From positions 3,008,001 to 3,072,000 of the forward strand of contig CAVRAY010000001.1 in assembly GCA_963719225.1 (NCBI GenBank): 64,000 nucleotides of DNA, given 5' to 3'. This document shows, piece after piece, positions 27,416 to 37,160 of the stretch. The notes below the pieces were generated by a model. The model made no database searches. It was not told the DNA's origin and saw nothing but the letters and a program-made list of their open reading frames with translations. This stretch comes from Thermoanaerobaculia bacterium (GTDB taxonomy: Bacteria; Acidobacteriota; Thermoanaerobaculia; UBA5066). The translations under genes were made by a program, and so were the position numbers. Position 1 is the first letter of the stretch; each line of letters begins with the position of its first letter.

Positions 27416-28774
27416 GTGACTCCCCTTTTCGTCGAGAACGCGCTCGTCATCGGCATGACCTCGCCCTCGGACGTGACGCCCGGCGGGCACGTGCTCGTCG
27501 AGGACGGCGTGATCACGGCTCTCCATGGCGACGCGGAGCGCCGTGGGCGAGAGATGATTTCCGCGGGACGGCCCCTCGAGCGCGTGGATGCACGAGGCCT
27601 CTGGCTCCTGCCGGGATTCGTCCAGACGCACGTCCACCTTTGCCAGACGCTCCTCCGGAACGGTCCCGACGACCTGCCTCTCCTCCCGTGGCTGAGGACG
27701 CACGTGTGGCCGGGCGAGGCGGCGCACGACGAGGCGTCTCTCGAGGTCTCGGCGAGGCTCGGCCTCGCGGAGCTCGCCGCGGGCGGCACGACGTCGGTCC
27801 TCGACATGGGCACGGTGCGGCACACGGACGCCGTATTCCGCGCCGCGGAAGTCTCGGGTCTCCGCGTCACGAGCGGGAACGTGCTCATGGACGACCCGGC
27901 GACGAACCCCGAGGACCTGCGCGCCGGCACGGAAGAATCTCTCGAGGAGACGGAGCGCCTCGCGAAGAGGTGGCACGGCGCCGCCGACGGGCGGCTGCGC
28001 GTCGCGTATTGCCCCCGCTTCGCCGTCTCGTGCACGGACCGGCTCCTCAGGGCCGTCGCCGCGCGCGCGCGGGCGCACGGCTTCCTCGTGCACACGCACG
28101 CTTCAGAGAACCTCGAGGAGATCGCGCTGGTCCTCGAGAGGACCGGGAAGCGCAACGTGACGTATCTCGACGAAGTCGGGATCTCCGGAGCCCACGTCGT
28201 CCTCGCGCACGTCATCCACGCGGACCGCGAAGAACGTGCGCTCCTCGCCGCGCGCGGCACGGCGGTCGCGCATTGTCCGTCCTCGAACCTGAAGCTCGCC
28301 TCCGGCATCTGTGAAGTGCCGGAGTACCTCTCGCTCGGCATCAAGGTGACGATCGGGGCGGACGGCGCTCCGTGCAACGACCGGCTCGACGCGTTCACGG
28401 AGATGCGCCTCGCCGCGCTGCTCCCGAAGATCCGTGTCGGGCCCGCCGCGCTGTCGGCCTGGGACGTCGTCCGGATGGCCACGGCCGAAGGGGCTTCGGC
28501 TCTCGGCCTCGCCGCGGGCACGCTCGAGGCCGGCCGGCGGGCCGATCTGCTGCTCCTGGACCCGGGCTCGGGCTTCGCGGAGCCCACGACCTGGCGCGGC
28601 GACCCGTACGGGCCTATCGTCTACAGCATGGACCGGTCGCACGTCGTCGCGACGTTCGTGGACGGGATTTCACGTTACCGGCGCGGGGCGCCGTTTCCCT
28701 TGAAGCCTTCATCCGCGGAAATCGAGGCCGCCGTCGCGGCCCTGAAGCGGCGCCGGGTCGAACACGAGAGGTGA
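27416..28774 (+). CDS. Metal-dependent amidohydrolase (5'-deoxyadenosine/MTA-SAH deaminase-like)
   Basis: PGFVQTHVH, HTHASE, HCPSSNLKLASG, GADGAPCN. Confidence 0.85.
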   Translation: MTPLFVENALVIGMTSPSDVTPGGHVLVEDGVITALHGDAERRGREMISAGRPLERVDARGLWLLPGFVQTHVHLCQTLLRNGPDDLPLLPWLRTHVWPGEAAHDEASLEVSARLGLAELAAGGTTSVLDMGTVRHTDAVFRAAEVSGLRVTSGNVLMDDPATNPEDLRAGTEESLEETERLAKRWHGAADGRLRVAYCPRFAVSCTDRLLRAVAARARAHGFLVHTHASENLEEIALVLERTGKRNVTYLDEVGISGAHVVLAHVIHADREERALLAARGTAVAHCPSSNLKLASGICEVPEYLSLGIKVTIGADGAPCNDRLDAFTEMRLAALLPKIRVGPAALSAWDVVRMATAEGASALGLAAGTLEAGRRADLLLLDPGSGFAEPTTWRGDPYGPIVYSMDRSHVVATFVDGISRYRRGAPFPLKPSSAEIEAAVAALKRRRVEHER

Positions 28775-28778
28775 GCGC

Positions 28779-29243
28779 ATGCCGAAGAAAACCGCTCCGT
28801 TCCTCAAGAACATCCTCGTCGGGACGGATTTCTCCGTTTGCGCCGCGCGAGCTTTTTCGTTCGCGGTGTCCCTCGCCGCTTCGCAAGGCGCGAAGATTCA
28901 CCTCGTGCACGTGCTCGTCGAGCCCGTGCAGGCTTTCGACGTCGCGGGCGCGCTTCCCTATCTCGACGTCACGACGCAGAAGGAATGGGAAGACGCCACG
29001 AAAAAACGTCTCGCGGCAGCCGTGGCCTCCGCCGTCAAGCGCGGCGTCGACGCCACGTCGGAGTTCCTGTGGGGCCGTCCCTCGGACGCGATCGTCGACT
29101 CGGCCGTCAAGTCGAAGGCGTCACTCGTCGTCCTCGGCACGCACGGCCGCAACGCCTTCGAGAAGCTCCTCATCGGCTCCACGGCCGAGCGCGTCGTGCG
29201 CCTTTGCCCCGTGCCCGTCCTGACGGTCCGCGAGAAGCGCTGA
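28779..29243 (+). CDS. Universal stress protein
   Basis: ILVGTDFS, GTHGR, GSTAERVVR..PVPVLTV. Confidence 0.92.
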   Translation: MPKKTAPFLKNILVGTDFSVCAARAFSFAVSLAASQGAKIHLVHVLVEPVQAFDVAGALPYLDVTTQKEWEDATKKRLAAAVASAVKRGVDATSEFLWGRPSDAIVDSAVKSKASLVVLGTHGRNAFEKLLIGSTAERVVRLCPVPVLTVREKR

Positions 29244-29261
29244 ACCCCGGATTCGCGGCGT

Positions 29262-29840
29262 TCACCCGTTCGGGACGTGCCAGAGGTCCTTCACGGCGGG
29301 ATGGTCCCAGGGGATGCGCCACTCGTCGGGGTCCTTTGCGTCGAACGTGCGCGTCACGATGTAGAACAGCGCGCACGGATTCGTGAGCGGCCTGTAACCG
29401 TGCGCGACACCTTCCGGGATGCGCACGAGGACGTCGTGTCCGTCGCCGGCCACGACGACCTGCGTCCTGCCGGCGGTCGGAGAATCCTTGCGAACGTCGA
29501 ACAGGACGAACTTCGCCTTCGACGGATGAGGGCAGAACCATACGTCCTGCTGCCTGAGGTGATAGTGAAGGCCCTTGACGTGGTTCTCGGCGTTCACGAT
29601 CGTGAAGTTGATCTGGCCGACGGGTAGATCCCGAAAGAACTCGGCGAGGATTTCGCTGCCCGGATGGTCCGCCTGAGCGCGATAGACCTCCTGGAAGAAG
29701 CCGCGGTCGTCCACGTGTCGCGCAAGGCGATGGATCTTCACGCCCGCGAGGGGCGTCGGGGCGCCATACGTCTTGGCGGAAGACCGGAACTCGTCCGCGA
29801 TGTCGCCCGGCGCGAGGGCCGGCTTGTGAGAAACCGTCAT
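29262..29840 (-). CDS. dTDP-4-dehydrorhamnose 3,5-epimerase family (cupin)
   Basis: DDRGFF.E, KGLHYH, DVRKDSPT, IPEGVAHG, IPWD. Confidence 0.8.
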   Translation of the reverse strand: MTVSHKPALAPGDIADEFRSSAKTYGAPTPLAGVKIHRLARHVDDRGFFQEVYRAQADHPGSEILAEFFRDLPVGQINFTIVNAENHVKGLHYHLRQQDVWFCPHPSKAKFVLFDVRKDSPTAGRTQVVVAGDGHDVLVRIPEGVAHGYRPLTNPCALFYIVTRTFDAKDPDEWRIPWDHPAVKDLWHVPNG

Positions 29841-29929
29841 GCGTGCTCCCCGTAGCGACATTCTAAGCGGCCTCTGGTGTATCTTCCGCGAAACATTCCG
29901 GCGCCGCGCTGCGGACAGGAGGGCGAATC

Positions 29930-31384
29930 GTGCCTCAGAACCCGCTCTTTGCGACGAAGTCCATGGAACGCCTGATGGAAGAGATGAAGGGAGAGAACCG
30001 GCTCCGCCGGGTGCTCGGTCCCGTCGCTCTCACGGCCCTCGGCGTCGGTGCCATCATCGGGACCGGAATCTTCGTCTTGACCGGTGTCGCCGCGCACGAC
30101 AAGGCGGGACCCGGGCTCATCCTCTCGTTCGTCCTCGCCGGATTTGCCTGCGCCTGCGCGGGGCTCTGCTACGCGGAGTTTGCGTCGATGATTCCCGTCG
30201 CCGGCTCCGCTTACACGTACGCGTACGCCACGCTCGGCGAGTTTCTCGCCTGGATCATCGGGTGGGACCTCGTCCTCGAGTACGCGATGGGCTCGGCCAC
30301 CGTCGCAAACGGCTGGTCGTCGCATTTCATCGAGCTCCTCGATCTCTTTGGCATCGCCGTGCCGCACGACTGGATCACGCCGCCGTTCTTCGCGGGAAAG
30401 GGAATCACGCCCGGCATCTTCAACCTGCCTGCCGCCCTCATCGCGGTTCTCGTCACGATCATCCTCGTGATCGGTATCCGCGAGTCCGCCCGCTTCAATG
30501 CGACGATGGTGTTCATCAAGCTCGCCGTCGTCCTCTTCGTGATCTTCGCCGGCATCCGGTACATCAAGCCCGAGAACTGGCACCCGTTCTTGCCGTTCGG
30601 CTGGGGAGGGGTCGCCGCGGGCGCCGCCACGATTTTCTTCGCCTACATCGGCTTCGATTCCATCTCGACGCACGCCGAAGAGGCGAAGAATCCGAAGCGC
30701 GACGTGCCGATCGGCATCCTCACGTCGCTCGGTGTCTGCACGCTCCTCTACATCGCGGTTGCCGCCGTCCTCACGGGAATGGTTCCTCTCGACCAGATCG
30801 CGATCAACGCGCCCGTCGCGGAGGCGTTCCGGAGCCAGGGGCTGAAGATCGCGGTCTTCTTCATCTCGACCGGCGCCGTCGCCGGCATCACGTCCGTGCT
30901 CCTCGTCATGATGTTGTCGCAGCCGCGCGTCCTCATGGCCATGGCCCGGGACGGCATGCTTCCGCCCGGTTTCTTCGGCGCCGTCCACCCGAAGTTCCGA
31001 ACTCCCTGGAAGTCCACGATCGCAACGGGTATGTTCGTCCTGGTCATGGCCGGTCTGTTCGGCATCGGCGCGCTCTCCGACATGGTCAACATCGGGACCC
31101 TCTTCGCCTTCGTCATCGTCTGCGCGGCGGTCATGATCATGCGCAGGACCCGTCCCGACGTGCCGCGGTCCTTCAAGACGCCGATTCTTCCGATCGTCGG
31201 GACTTGCGGAATCCTCGCGAACTTCGGCCTCATGCTGTCGCTCGGTTGGATCAATTGGGTGCGCCTCTTCATCTGGATGGCGATCGGCGTGTGCATCTAT
31301 TTCGGGTACAGCCGGACGCGGACCGTCCTCCACCTGGCGCGCCTCGAAGCGGCGAAAGGCGGAATCACGAACCCGCCGATGTAA
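29930..31384 (+). CDS. APC-family amino acid permease
   Basis: GAIIGTGIF, CYAEFAS, GSAYTY, FFAYIGFD, EEAKNP; about 12 TM segments. Confidence 0.93.
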   Translation: MPQNPLFATKSMERLMEEMKGENRLRRVLGPVALTALGVGAIIGTGIFVLTGVAAHDKAGPGLILSFVLAGFACACAGLCYAEFASMIPVAGSAYTYAYATLGEFLAWIIGWDLVLEYAMGSATVANGWSSHFIELLDLFGIAVPHDWITPPFFAGKGITPGIFNLPAALIAVLVTIILVIGIRESARFNATMVFIKLAVVLFVIFAGIRYIKPENWHPFLPFGWGGVAAGAATIFFAYIGFDSISTHAEEAKNPKRDVPIGILTSLGVCTLLYIAVAAVLTGMVPLDQIAINAPVAEAFRSQGLKIAVFFISTGAVAGITSVLLVMMLSQPRVLMAMARDGMLPPGFFGAVHPKFRTPWKSTIATGMFVLVMAGLFGIGALSDMVNIGTLFAFVIVCAAVMIMRRTRPDVPRSFKTPILPIVGTCGILANFGLMLSLGWINWVRLFIWMAIGVCIYFGYSRTRTVLHLARLEAAKGGITNPPM

Positions 31385-31389
31385 TCCGG

Positions 31390-33066
31390 ATGCCTTTCTT
31401 CCAGGATCCGCCCCGACTCGCGAACCAGTACGACGACGACCGGGTCCTGAGAGGGTTCCTCGCCCGGAAGCTTCCGAAGGAGACTCTTCGGGCCGTCGAA
31501 CCCTCGCTCCGCGAGATGGGCGCTCTCGCAGCCGGACCGCTTTACGACCTCCTCCTCGCCGAGCCGGACGCAATCCCGACGCTCACGGGGTGGGACGCGT
31601 GGGGCCGGCGGATCGACCGCATCGAGCCGACACGCCTCTGGAAGGAAGCGGCTCCGCTCGCGGCGCGGATGGGGCTCATCGCGCTCGCGTACGAGAGGCC
31701 GTGGGGTTCCCTCTCGCGCTTCCCGCAAATGGCGCTGGCGTACCTGCTCGAACCCTCCTCCGGCGTCTACAGCTGCCCGCTCGCAATGACGGACGGCGCC
31801 GCGCGGACGCTCGAGGTCTCCGGAAACCGCGTTCTCGAGGAGCGCGCCCTGCCGCGTCTGACGAGCCGCGATCCGGCACGCGCGTGGACCTCGGGTCAGT
31901 GGATGACGGAACGAACCGGCGGCTCGGACGTGGGCATTTCGGAGACGGTCGCGAAGAAGACGCCCGAGGGATGGCGGCTCTTCGGTACGAAGTGGTTCAC
32001 CTCGGCCACGAGCTCCGAGATGGCGCTCACGCTCGGACGTCCGGAAGGAAACCCGCCGGGCGGGAGCGGCCTCGCACTCTTCTACGTCGAAGCGCGCGAC
32101 GCCTACGGTGCTCCGAACGGAATCGAGATCCTGCGGCTGAAGGACAAGCTCGGGACGCGAATGGTCCCGACGGCAGAGCTCCTCCTGGACGGCGCGGTCG
32201 CGGTGCCGGTGAAGGGACTCTCCGACGGAGTGAAGAACATCGCGCCCATGCTCACGATCACGCGGATGTGGAACGCCGTGGGGGCCGTCGCCGGCATGCG
32301 ACGCGCGCTCGCGCTGGCGCGCGATTACGCGGGCCGCCGCGTGGCTTTCGGTGCTCCTCTCGCGGAGAAGGCGCTCCATCTCGACACGCTCGCCGACCTC
32401 CAGGCCGTGTTCGAAGGAGCGTTTCACCTCGCCTTTCGCGCCGTCGAGCTCGTCGGGCGGGACGAGGACCTTGGCACGGACGAGGCCGACCTCCTGCGCC
32501 TCCTGACGCCGATCGCGAAGCTGACGACGGGAAAGCAGGTCGTGTCCGTCGCGAGCGAGACCCTGGAATGCTTCGGCGGAGCCGGCTACGTCGAGAACAC
32601 CGGCCTGCCCCGCCTGCTTCGCGACGCCCAGGTGCTGCCGATCTGGGAAGGAACGACGAACGTGCTCTCTCTGGACCTCCTGCGGGCGGCGGCGAAGACG
32701 GGCGGGCTCGCTCCCCTGTCGGCGGAAGTCGATCGGGCGCTTCGCGGCGTCACGCACCCGGAACTCGTCGCGGCGGGAGGGCGCGCCCGCGCGGCGGTGC
32801 GCCGCGCGGAAAGCTGGCTCGCGGGCACGAAGGATCAGGAGAACCTCGAAGCCGGAGCGCGGCGACTCGCGCTCACGCTCGGCCTCGCGCTCGAGACGGC
32901 GCTCCTCGTCGAGCACGCGAGCTGGGCGCTCGAGCACGAGGGCGACGCCCGCCCGGCGTACGCGGCACGGCGCCTCTCGCGCCGTCGCCTCGACCTCATC
33001 GACGACTCGTCGCCCCTCATAGAAGCCCGCACCCTCGGCCGCGACGAACCGGCTCCTTTCGAATAG
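31390..33066 (+). CDS. Acyl-CoA dehydrogenase (AidB/ACDH-11-like)
   Basis: CPLAMTDGA, GQWMTERTGGSDV, KWFTS, RLKDKLGT, IWEGTTNV. Confidence 0.88.
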   Translation: MPFFQDPPRLANQYDDDRVLRGFLARKLPKETLRAVEPSLREMGALAAGPLYDLLLAEPDAIPTLTGWDAWGRRIDRIEPTRLWKEAAPLAARMGLIALAYERPWGSLSRFPQMALAYLLEPSSGVYSCPLAMTDGAARTLEVSGNRVLEERALPRLTSRDPARAWTSGQWMTERTGGSDVGISETVAKKTPEGWRLFGTKWFTSATSSEMALTLGRPEGNPPGGSGLALFYVEARDAYGAPNGIEILRLKDKLGTRMVPTAELLLDGAVAVPVKGLSDGVKNIAPMLTITRMWNAVGAVAGMRRALALARDYAGRRVAFGAPLAEKALHLDTLADLQAVFEGAFHLAFRAVELVGRDEDLGTDEADLLRLLTPIAKLTTGKQVVSVASETLECFGGAGYVENTGLPRLLRDAQVLPIWEGTTNVLSLDLLRAAAKTGGLAPLSAEVDRALRGVTHPELVAAGGRARAAVRRAESWLAGTKDQENLEAGARRLALTLGLALETALLVEHASWALEHEGDARPAYAARRLSRRRLDLIDDSSPLIEARTLGRDEPAPFE

Positions 33067-33093
33067 CCCCGGCATGTCGCTAACATCCTCTTC

Positions 33094-33408
33094 GTGAAAC
33101 GCGCGGCCCTGCTGATGCTCGTCGTCGGGGCGCCGCTCGTCCTGCTCTTCTTCCCCGAGCTCCGCCGCCGCATCGCACACAAACTGCGGTTCCTGCTACT
33201 CGTGTGGTCGGGGGCGGTGCTCTTCTTCGGGCTGGCCGGCGCGCCGGGGAGAGAGAAGAAGAGTTTCTTAGAAGGTGAATCGGGCGCGTCCATCGCCTGG
33301 TCTCTCTTGGGAGTGGCCCTGTTCGCCGCGGCGTTCGTCTCGGTCCTGCGTGATTTCCGGCTCTCTTCACCTTCTAGGGAATCTTCCGGCGGCGCGAAGC
33401 GCCGCTGA
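33094..33408 (+). CDS. Small hypothetical membrane protein (about 3 TM segments)
   Basis: Fills intergenic gap; hydrophobic segments; TAACAT 7 nt upstream of GTG. Confidence 0.55.
   Translation: MKRAALLMLVVGAPLVLLFFPELRRRIAHKLRFLLLVWSGAVLFFGLAGAPGREKKSFLEGESGASIAWSLLGVALFAAAFVSVLRDFRLSSPSRESSGGAKRR
33249..33386. repeat. Dispersed element, inverted pair inside the small membrane ORF
   Basis: Cores 33265-33273 (then GGTGAA) and 33372-33380 (preceded by TTCACC). Confidence 0.8.
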
Positions 33409-33418
33409 TCGGCCTTCG

Positions 33419-35737
33419 CTATTCCAGCGAGACCCAGTCGACGCCGATCCCGAGCGCGCGCGTGTCGTCTCCCTTGCCGGCGTCCTTCGGGACCGTCGTC
33501 GGAGCGTGGAGCCACAGCCGGACCGGTTCGGGACCCGCGAGCGCGCTCAGGACCTCTGCCGTCAGAGGGAGGGACACCTCCGCGAAACCGACGTTCACGC
33601 GAATCGAGCCGGCCGGCACATCCCCGACCGATATCTCGACGTCGACCGGCGCCGCCACCGCGCGGGCCCGCAGGACGAGGCGCGAGGGAGTGAAGCCCGG
33701 CACGGGAGAGAACACGATCGACGCGGTGTCCGTCGTCCAGCGCATCTCGAGCCCCGCGTCCGCGATCTTCTCGCGTGAGAAGAAGCCCTCCGGGTCGAAG
33801 CGGCCGTCGTCGGCCGCGCCCAGCTCCGCCACGAGCCGGGGTCCCTGGTTCGGCCAAAGCGCTTCTGGCGCGTAGGAATACGTCGCTTCGCGAATCGTGA
33901 AACATCCCTTCGCCGGCCGCTTCGCTCCCTCGATCGGGGGCAGGTCCTTCGGGCGGTCGCAGGAGAGGATGTATTCCGTCGGCCCCGGCATCGGCCCGAA
34001 GATCGCGCGGGGCACGATCGCGATGTCGAAGGGCCCCGGCGTTATCCGGCGCTCGAGAAGCAGCCGCCCCGATGCCGCCTCGGTCACGCGCAGCGTCGTC
34101 TCGCCGACGTCTCCGGGCCTTTCACCGGAGAGAACGGCACAGAGCGGGCCCTGATCGGCGGGCACGTACAGGCGCGCGACGGGCCCCGCCCAGCGAAACG
34201 ACGGTGCTCCGGCCACGGTCTCCCGGGCGCCGAAGCCCACGCCGAAGAGCGGCGGCGCGGGGTCGCGCACGGCGACGGACAGAAGCCGCCCGTTTCCGAG
34301 CGCCTCGGCCACGCGTCCGCTCCTCGTGTACGAGCGCCAGCGAGGATCGACCAAAGTTGGAGAGCCCCCTTCGCCCGTGAAGTCCGCGAGACGCACGAGC
34401 CGCTTGTTCATCTGGCGCGGCGCCTTTACGAGCTCTTCGTCCAGATAGCCCCATACGATCAGGCGGTGCTCCCAGCGCTCGGTCCTGAGGAAGGCACTGA
34501 AATCCCCGTCGGCCACGATCGTTTCGCGGCCGGCGTGCACCCAACGCTCGAGATCGCGCAGCGCGGCGATCGGAGGCGTCTCCTCGCGCGCGCTCGCGCG
34601 CACCGCGGGCCACGCTTCCCGCGCGAAGATGAGCCCGGCGAGGCCGGCCGCGCAGAAAGCCACGACACCGCGCCGGAAGAGCGCCTCGAGCCCCGCTCCG
34701 ACCGCGAGGCCGAGAACGAGGACGAACGGCACCGAGTAGCGCGACATCGCGCGGCTGTGGAGGAACCACAGCGAGAGGAATGCGGGAGCGAGAACGAGGA
34801 CGAGATCGAAGGAGCCGCGCCGCTTGCGCATCCCGAGCGCGAAGAGACCCACGGCCGCGACCGCGAGCACGACGAGCGCGCGCCGCCACGTCAGAAAGTC
34901 CCGTACGAGGAAGGAGTCGAGGAGCGAGCCGACGGTGCCCGTCGCGAAGGCGCGCGCCCGGAACCCCGTGCGCTCGGCCAGCGACGCGAAGAGCCCGGGC
35001 GTCCCGCCCGCCTGGGCGAGCAGCCAGACGAACCACGCCGCCGTGCCGGCGAGCGCCGACAACCCGAACGTCCAGGCGGCGTCCGCGCGATCGCGGCGAA
35101 GCATGAGCCGCCCCATGGAGAGAAGGAGGATCGGGAAGAAGACGAGGATGAGATGCGGCCGGACGCCGATCGCCGCGGCCGCGAGAAGCCCGGCGAAGAG
35201 ACCGAGCAGGCGAACCCGCCGCGCGGCGACCAGGTCGCGCCAGCGCGTCTGATTCGGCGAGCGCCTCTCCTCCGCGGTTGCGAGGCACGCGAGAGCGCCG
35301 AGAAAGAGAGCCGTAGAGGGCGTGTCGGAGAACGCGCGGCCCCCGTTCACCCAGACGACCGGCAGCGCAAACGCGAAGACGACGCCGGCGAGAGCGGCCC
35401 AGCCCCCCACGACGCGCCGTCCCCAGACGTACAGCGCGGGAACGCTGCATGCCGCCAGCAGGGTGGACGCCGTCGCGAGCGCGTTGAACGGTGTGACGCA
35501 GAGTGGCAGCAGGGCCCGGCCGATCAGGATCCACACGGGAAAGCCGGGTGCCTGCGGCGAGAGATCGAACAGGTCGAAGCGCGTCACGGCGCCCGCGAAG
35601 ATCGCTTCGTCGATCTCGCCCGGCGAATGCGCGAGCGCGAAGAACCGGGAAGCGGCGACGGCTCCTACGACGAGCGCCGCGAAAGCGAGCGGCGGCTCGC
35701 GGCGCCGGTCGCCTTCCCGCCGGAAGCGCGTCAACAC
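33419..35737 (-). CDS. Membrane protein, GT-C/PMT-like N-terminal domain plus extracytoplasmic C-terminal domains
   Basis: Multi-TM N-half (E.DE..F, PGFP, GVRP, RYSVP) and beta-rich C-half with two RW-containing repeats. Confidence 0.6.
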   Translation of the reverse strand: MLTRFRREGDRRREPPLAFAALVVGAVAASRFFALAHSPGEIDEAIFAGAVTRFDLFDLSPQAPGFPVWILIGRALLPLCVTPFNALATASTLLAACSVPALYVWGRRVVGGWAALAGVVFAFALPVVWVNGGRAFSDTPSTALFLGALACLATAEERRSPNQTRWRDLVAARRVRLLGLFAGLLAAAAIGVRPHLILVFFPILLLSMGRLMLRRDRADAAWTFGLSALAGTAAWFVWLLAQAGGTPGLFASLAERTGFRARAFATGTVGSLLDSFLVRDFLTWRRALVVLAVAAVGLFALGMRKRRGSFDLVLVLAPAFLSLWFLHSRAMSRYSVPFVLVLGLAVGAGLEALFRRGVVAFCAAGLAGLIFAREAWPAVRASAREETPPIAALRDLERWVHAGRETIVADGDFSAFLRTERWEHRLIVWGYLDEELVKAPRQMNKRLVRLADFTGEGGSPTLVDPRWRSYTRSGRVAEALGNGRLLSVAVRDPAPPLFGVGFGARETVAGAPSFRWAGPVARLYVPADQGPLCAVLSGERPGDVGETTLRVTEAASGRLLLERRITPGPFDIAIVPRAIFGPMPGPTEYILSCDRPKDLPPIEGAKRPAKGCFTIREATYSYAPEALWPNQGPRLVAELGAADDGRFDPEGFFSREKIADAGLEMRWTTDTASIVFSPVPGFTPSRLVLRARAVAAPVDVEISVGDVPAGSIRVNVGFAEVSLPLTAEVLSALAGPEPVRLWLHAPTTVPKDAGKGDDTRALGIGVDWVSLE

Positions 35738-35813
35738 CGTCCGAGTGTTTCATTTTTCGGGCTGCGCCGAAACAGTTACAATGAAGCTCGATGTCGATTC
35801 GACATCCCGCGGG

Positions 35814-37160
35814 ATGAGCATTCCCCGCATCCTGCCTCGCGCCGAGCATCCGATTTCGCGCGGCTACATCGATCCCGACGCCTTGCGCGTCCTGTACCGG
35901 CTGCATCGCGCGGGCTTCAAGGCGTATCTCGTCGGAGGGTCGGTGCGCGATCTCATGACGGGTCGCACGCCGAAGGACTTCGACGTCGGAACCGACGCGC
36001 GCCCCCAGGAGGTCCGCCGCCTGTTCCGCAACTCGCGCATCATCGGGAGGCGTTTCCGGCTCGCGCACATCCTCTTCGAGGCCGGAAAGGTCGTCGAGGT
36101 CTCGACGTTCCGCAAAACTCCCGACTCCGTCCAGGGTGAACAGGGCCAGGAAGGGGACGATGATCTCCTCATCCGCTCGGACAACACGTTCGGATCGCCC
36201 GAGGAAGACGCCCTCCGCCGCGACTTCACGATCAATGGGCTCTTCTACGACATCGCGACGTACGCCGTTCTCGATTTCGTAGGCGGCGTCGAGGACCTCG
36301 AGCGGCGCGTCGTGAGGACGATCGGAGATCCCCTCATCCGCTTCCGCGAGGATCCGGTCCGGATGCTCCGCGCCTGGGAGTTCGCGGCACGCCTCTCCTT
36401 CCAGATGTCCGAGGACGCGCGCGCGGCCATCGCGGAGCTCAACCGCGAGGTCACGAAGAGCGCCGCCCCCCGCGTCACGGAGGAGCTGCTGGACCCGCTT
36501 CGGCGCGGCTGGGGGCACGATACGTATCGCCTCTGGTCCGAAGCGGGACTTCTCGACGCGCTCCTGCCCGAGCTCGGCGGAGCCGGAGCGGCGCGCGCGG
36601 CCGAGGAGTCGCCCGAGGGGCTTCTCTTCGCGCTTCTGCGGGAGATCGACGCGAAGCGGGCCCTGGGAGAGAGGCTCGAGGATGCAACGCTCCTCTCCGC
36701 CATGTTCCTGCCCGTCGTGTTCGAGGCCGTGCGGCGCCACGGGCACCTGACCGGCCCCGGCCAGATTCTTCTCGTGCTCGAGGACACCGTGAATCCGCTC
36801 GCGATCCGCATGGCCCTTCCGAACCACCTCACGCAGACCGTCAAGCACGTTCTCGAAACGCTCGGACGCCTCACCAGCACGCGCCCGGACGATCCCGGCG
36901 CGCGGCGTCTCGCCGGCAGACCCTATTTGAAAGCCGCCGTCGCCCTTCTCTCTCTTTATGCGCGTGCCTCGGGACGCTACCGGGAGCCGGCCTCGGCCTG
37001 GGAAGACGCCGTCGAGCACGGCGTTTCGTCGCATGCGCTCGCCGCCCCCATTCCCGATGCGCCCGTTCCGCCGGATGCCATCGGCGGGCTGGCGCCGGCC
37101 CGGAGGCGCCGACGCGGCGGCCGCCGACGCCGCCCCCAGGTCTCGGCAGCGCCCGTCTAA
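35814..37160 (+). CDS. pcnB: Poly(A) polymerase I
   Basis: GGSVRD, KDFDV, PAP-specific IIGRRFRLAH, RRDFTIN, EDPVRMLR, Arg-rich tail; alternative start 35781. Confidence 0.92.
   Translation: MSIPRILPRAEHPISRGYIDPDALRVLYRLHRAGFKAYLVGGSVRDLMTGRTPKDFDVGTDARPQEVRRLFRNSRIIGRRFRLAHILFEAGKVVEVSTFRKTPDSVQGEQGQEGDDDLLIRSDNTFGSPEEDALRRDFTINGLFYDIATYAVLDFVGGVEDLERRVVRTIGDPLIRFREDPVRMLRAWEFAARLSFQMSEDARAAIAELNREVTKSAAPRVTEELLDPLRRGWGHDTYRLWSEAGLLDALLPELGGAGAARAAEESPEGLLFALLREIDAKRALGERLEDATLLSAMFLPVVFEAVRRHGHLTGPGQILLVLEDTVNPLAIRMALPNHLTQTVKHVLETLGRLTSTRPDDPGARRLAGRPYLKAAVALLSLYARASGRYREPASAWEDAVEHGVSSHALAAPIPDAPVPPDAIGGLAPARRRRRGGRRRRPQVSAAPV

Noticed and set aside
29839-31389. 1075-aa ORF suggesting a large fusion upstream of the acyl-CoA dehydrogenase
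   Set aside because: The N-terminal half is an off-frame read-through of the permease; the real start is ATG 31390
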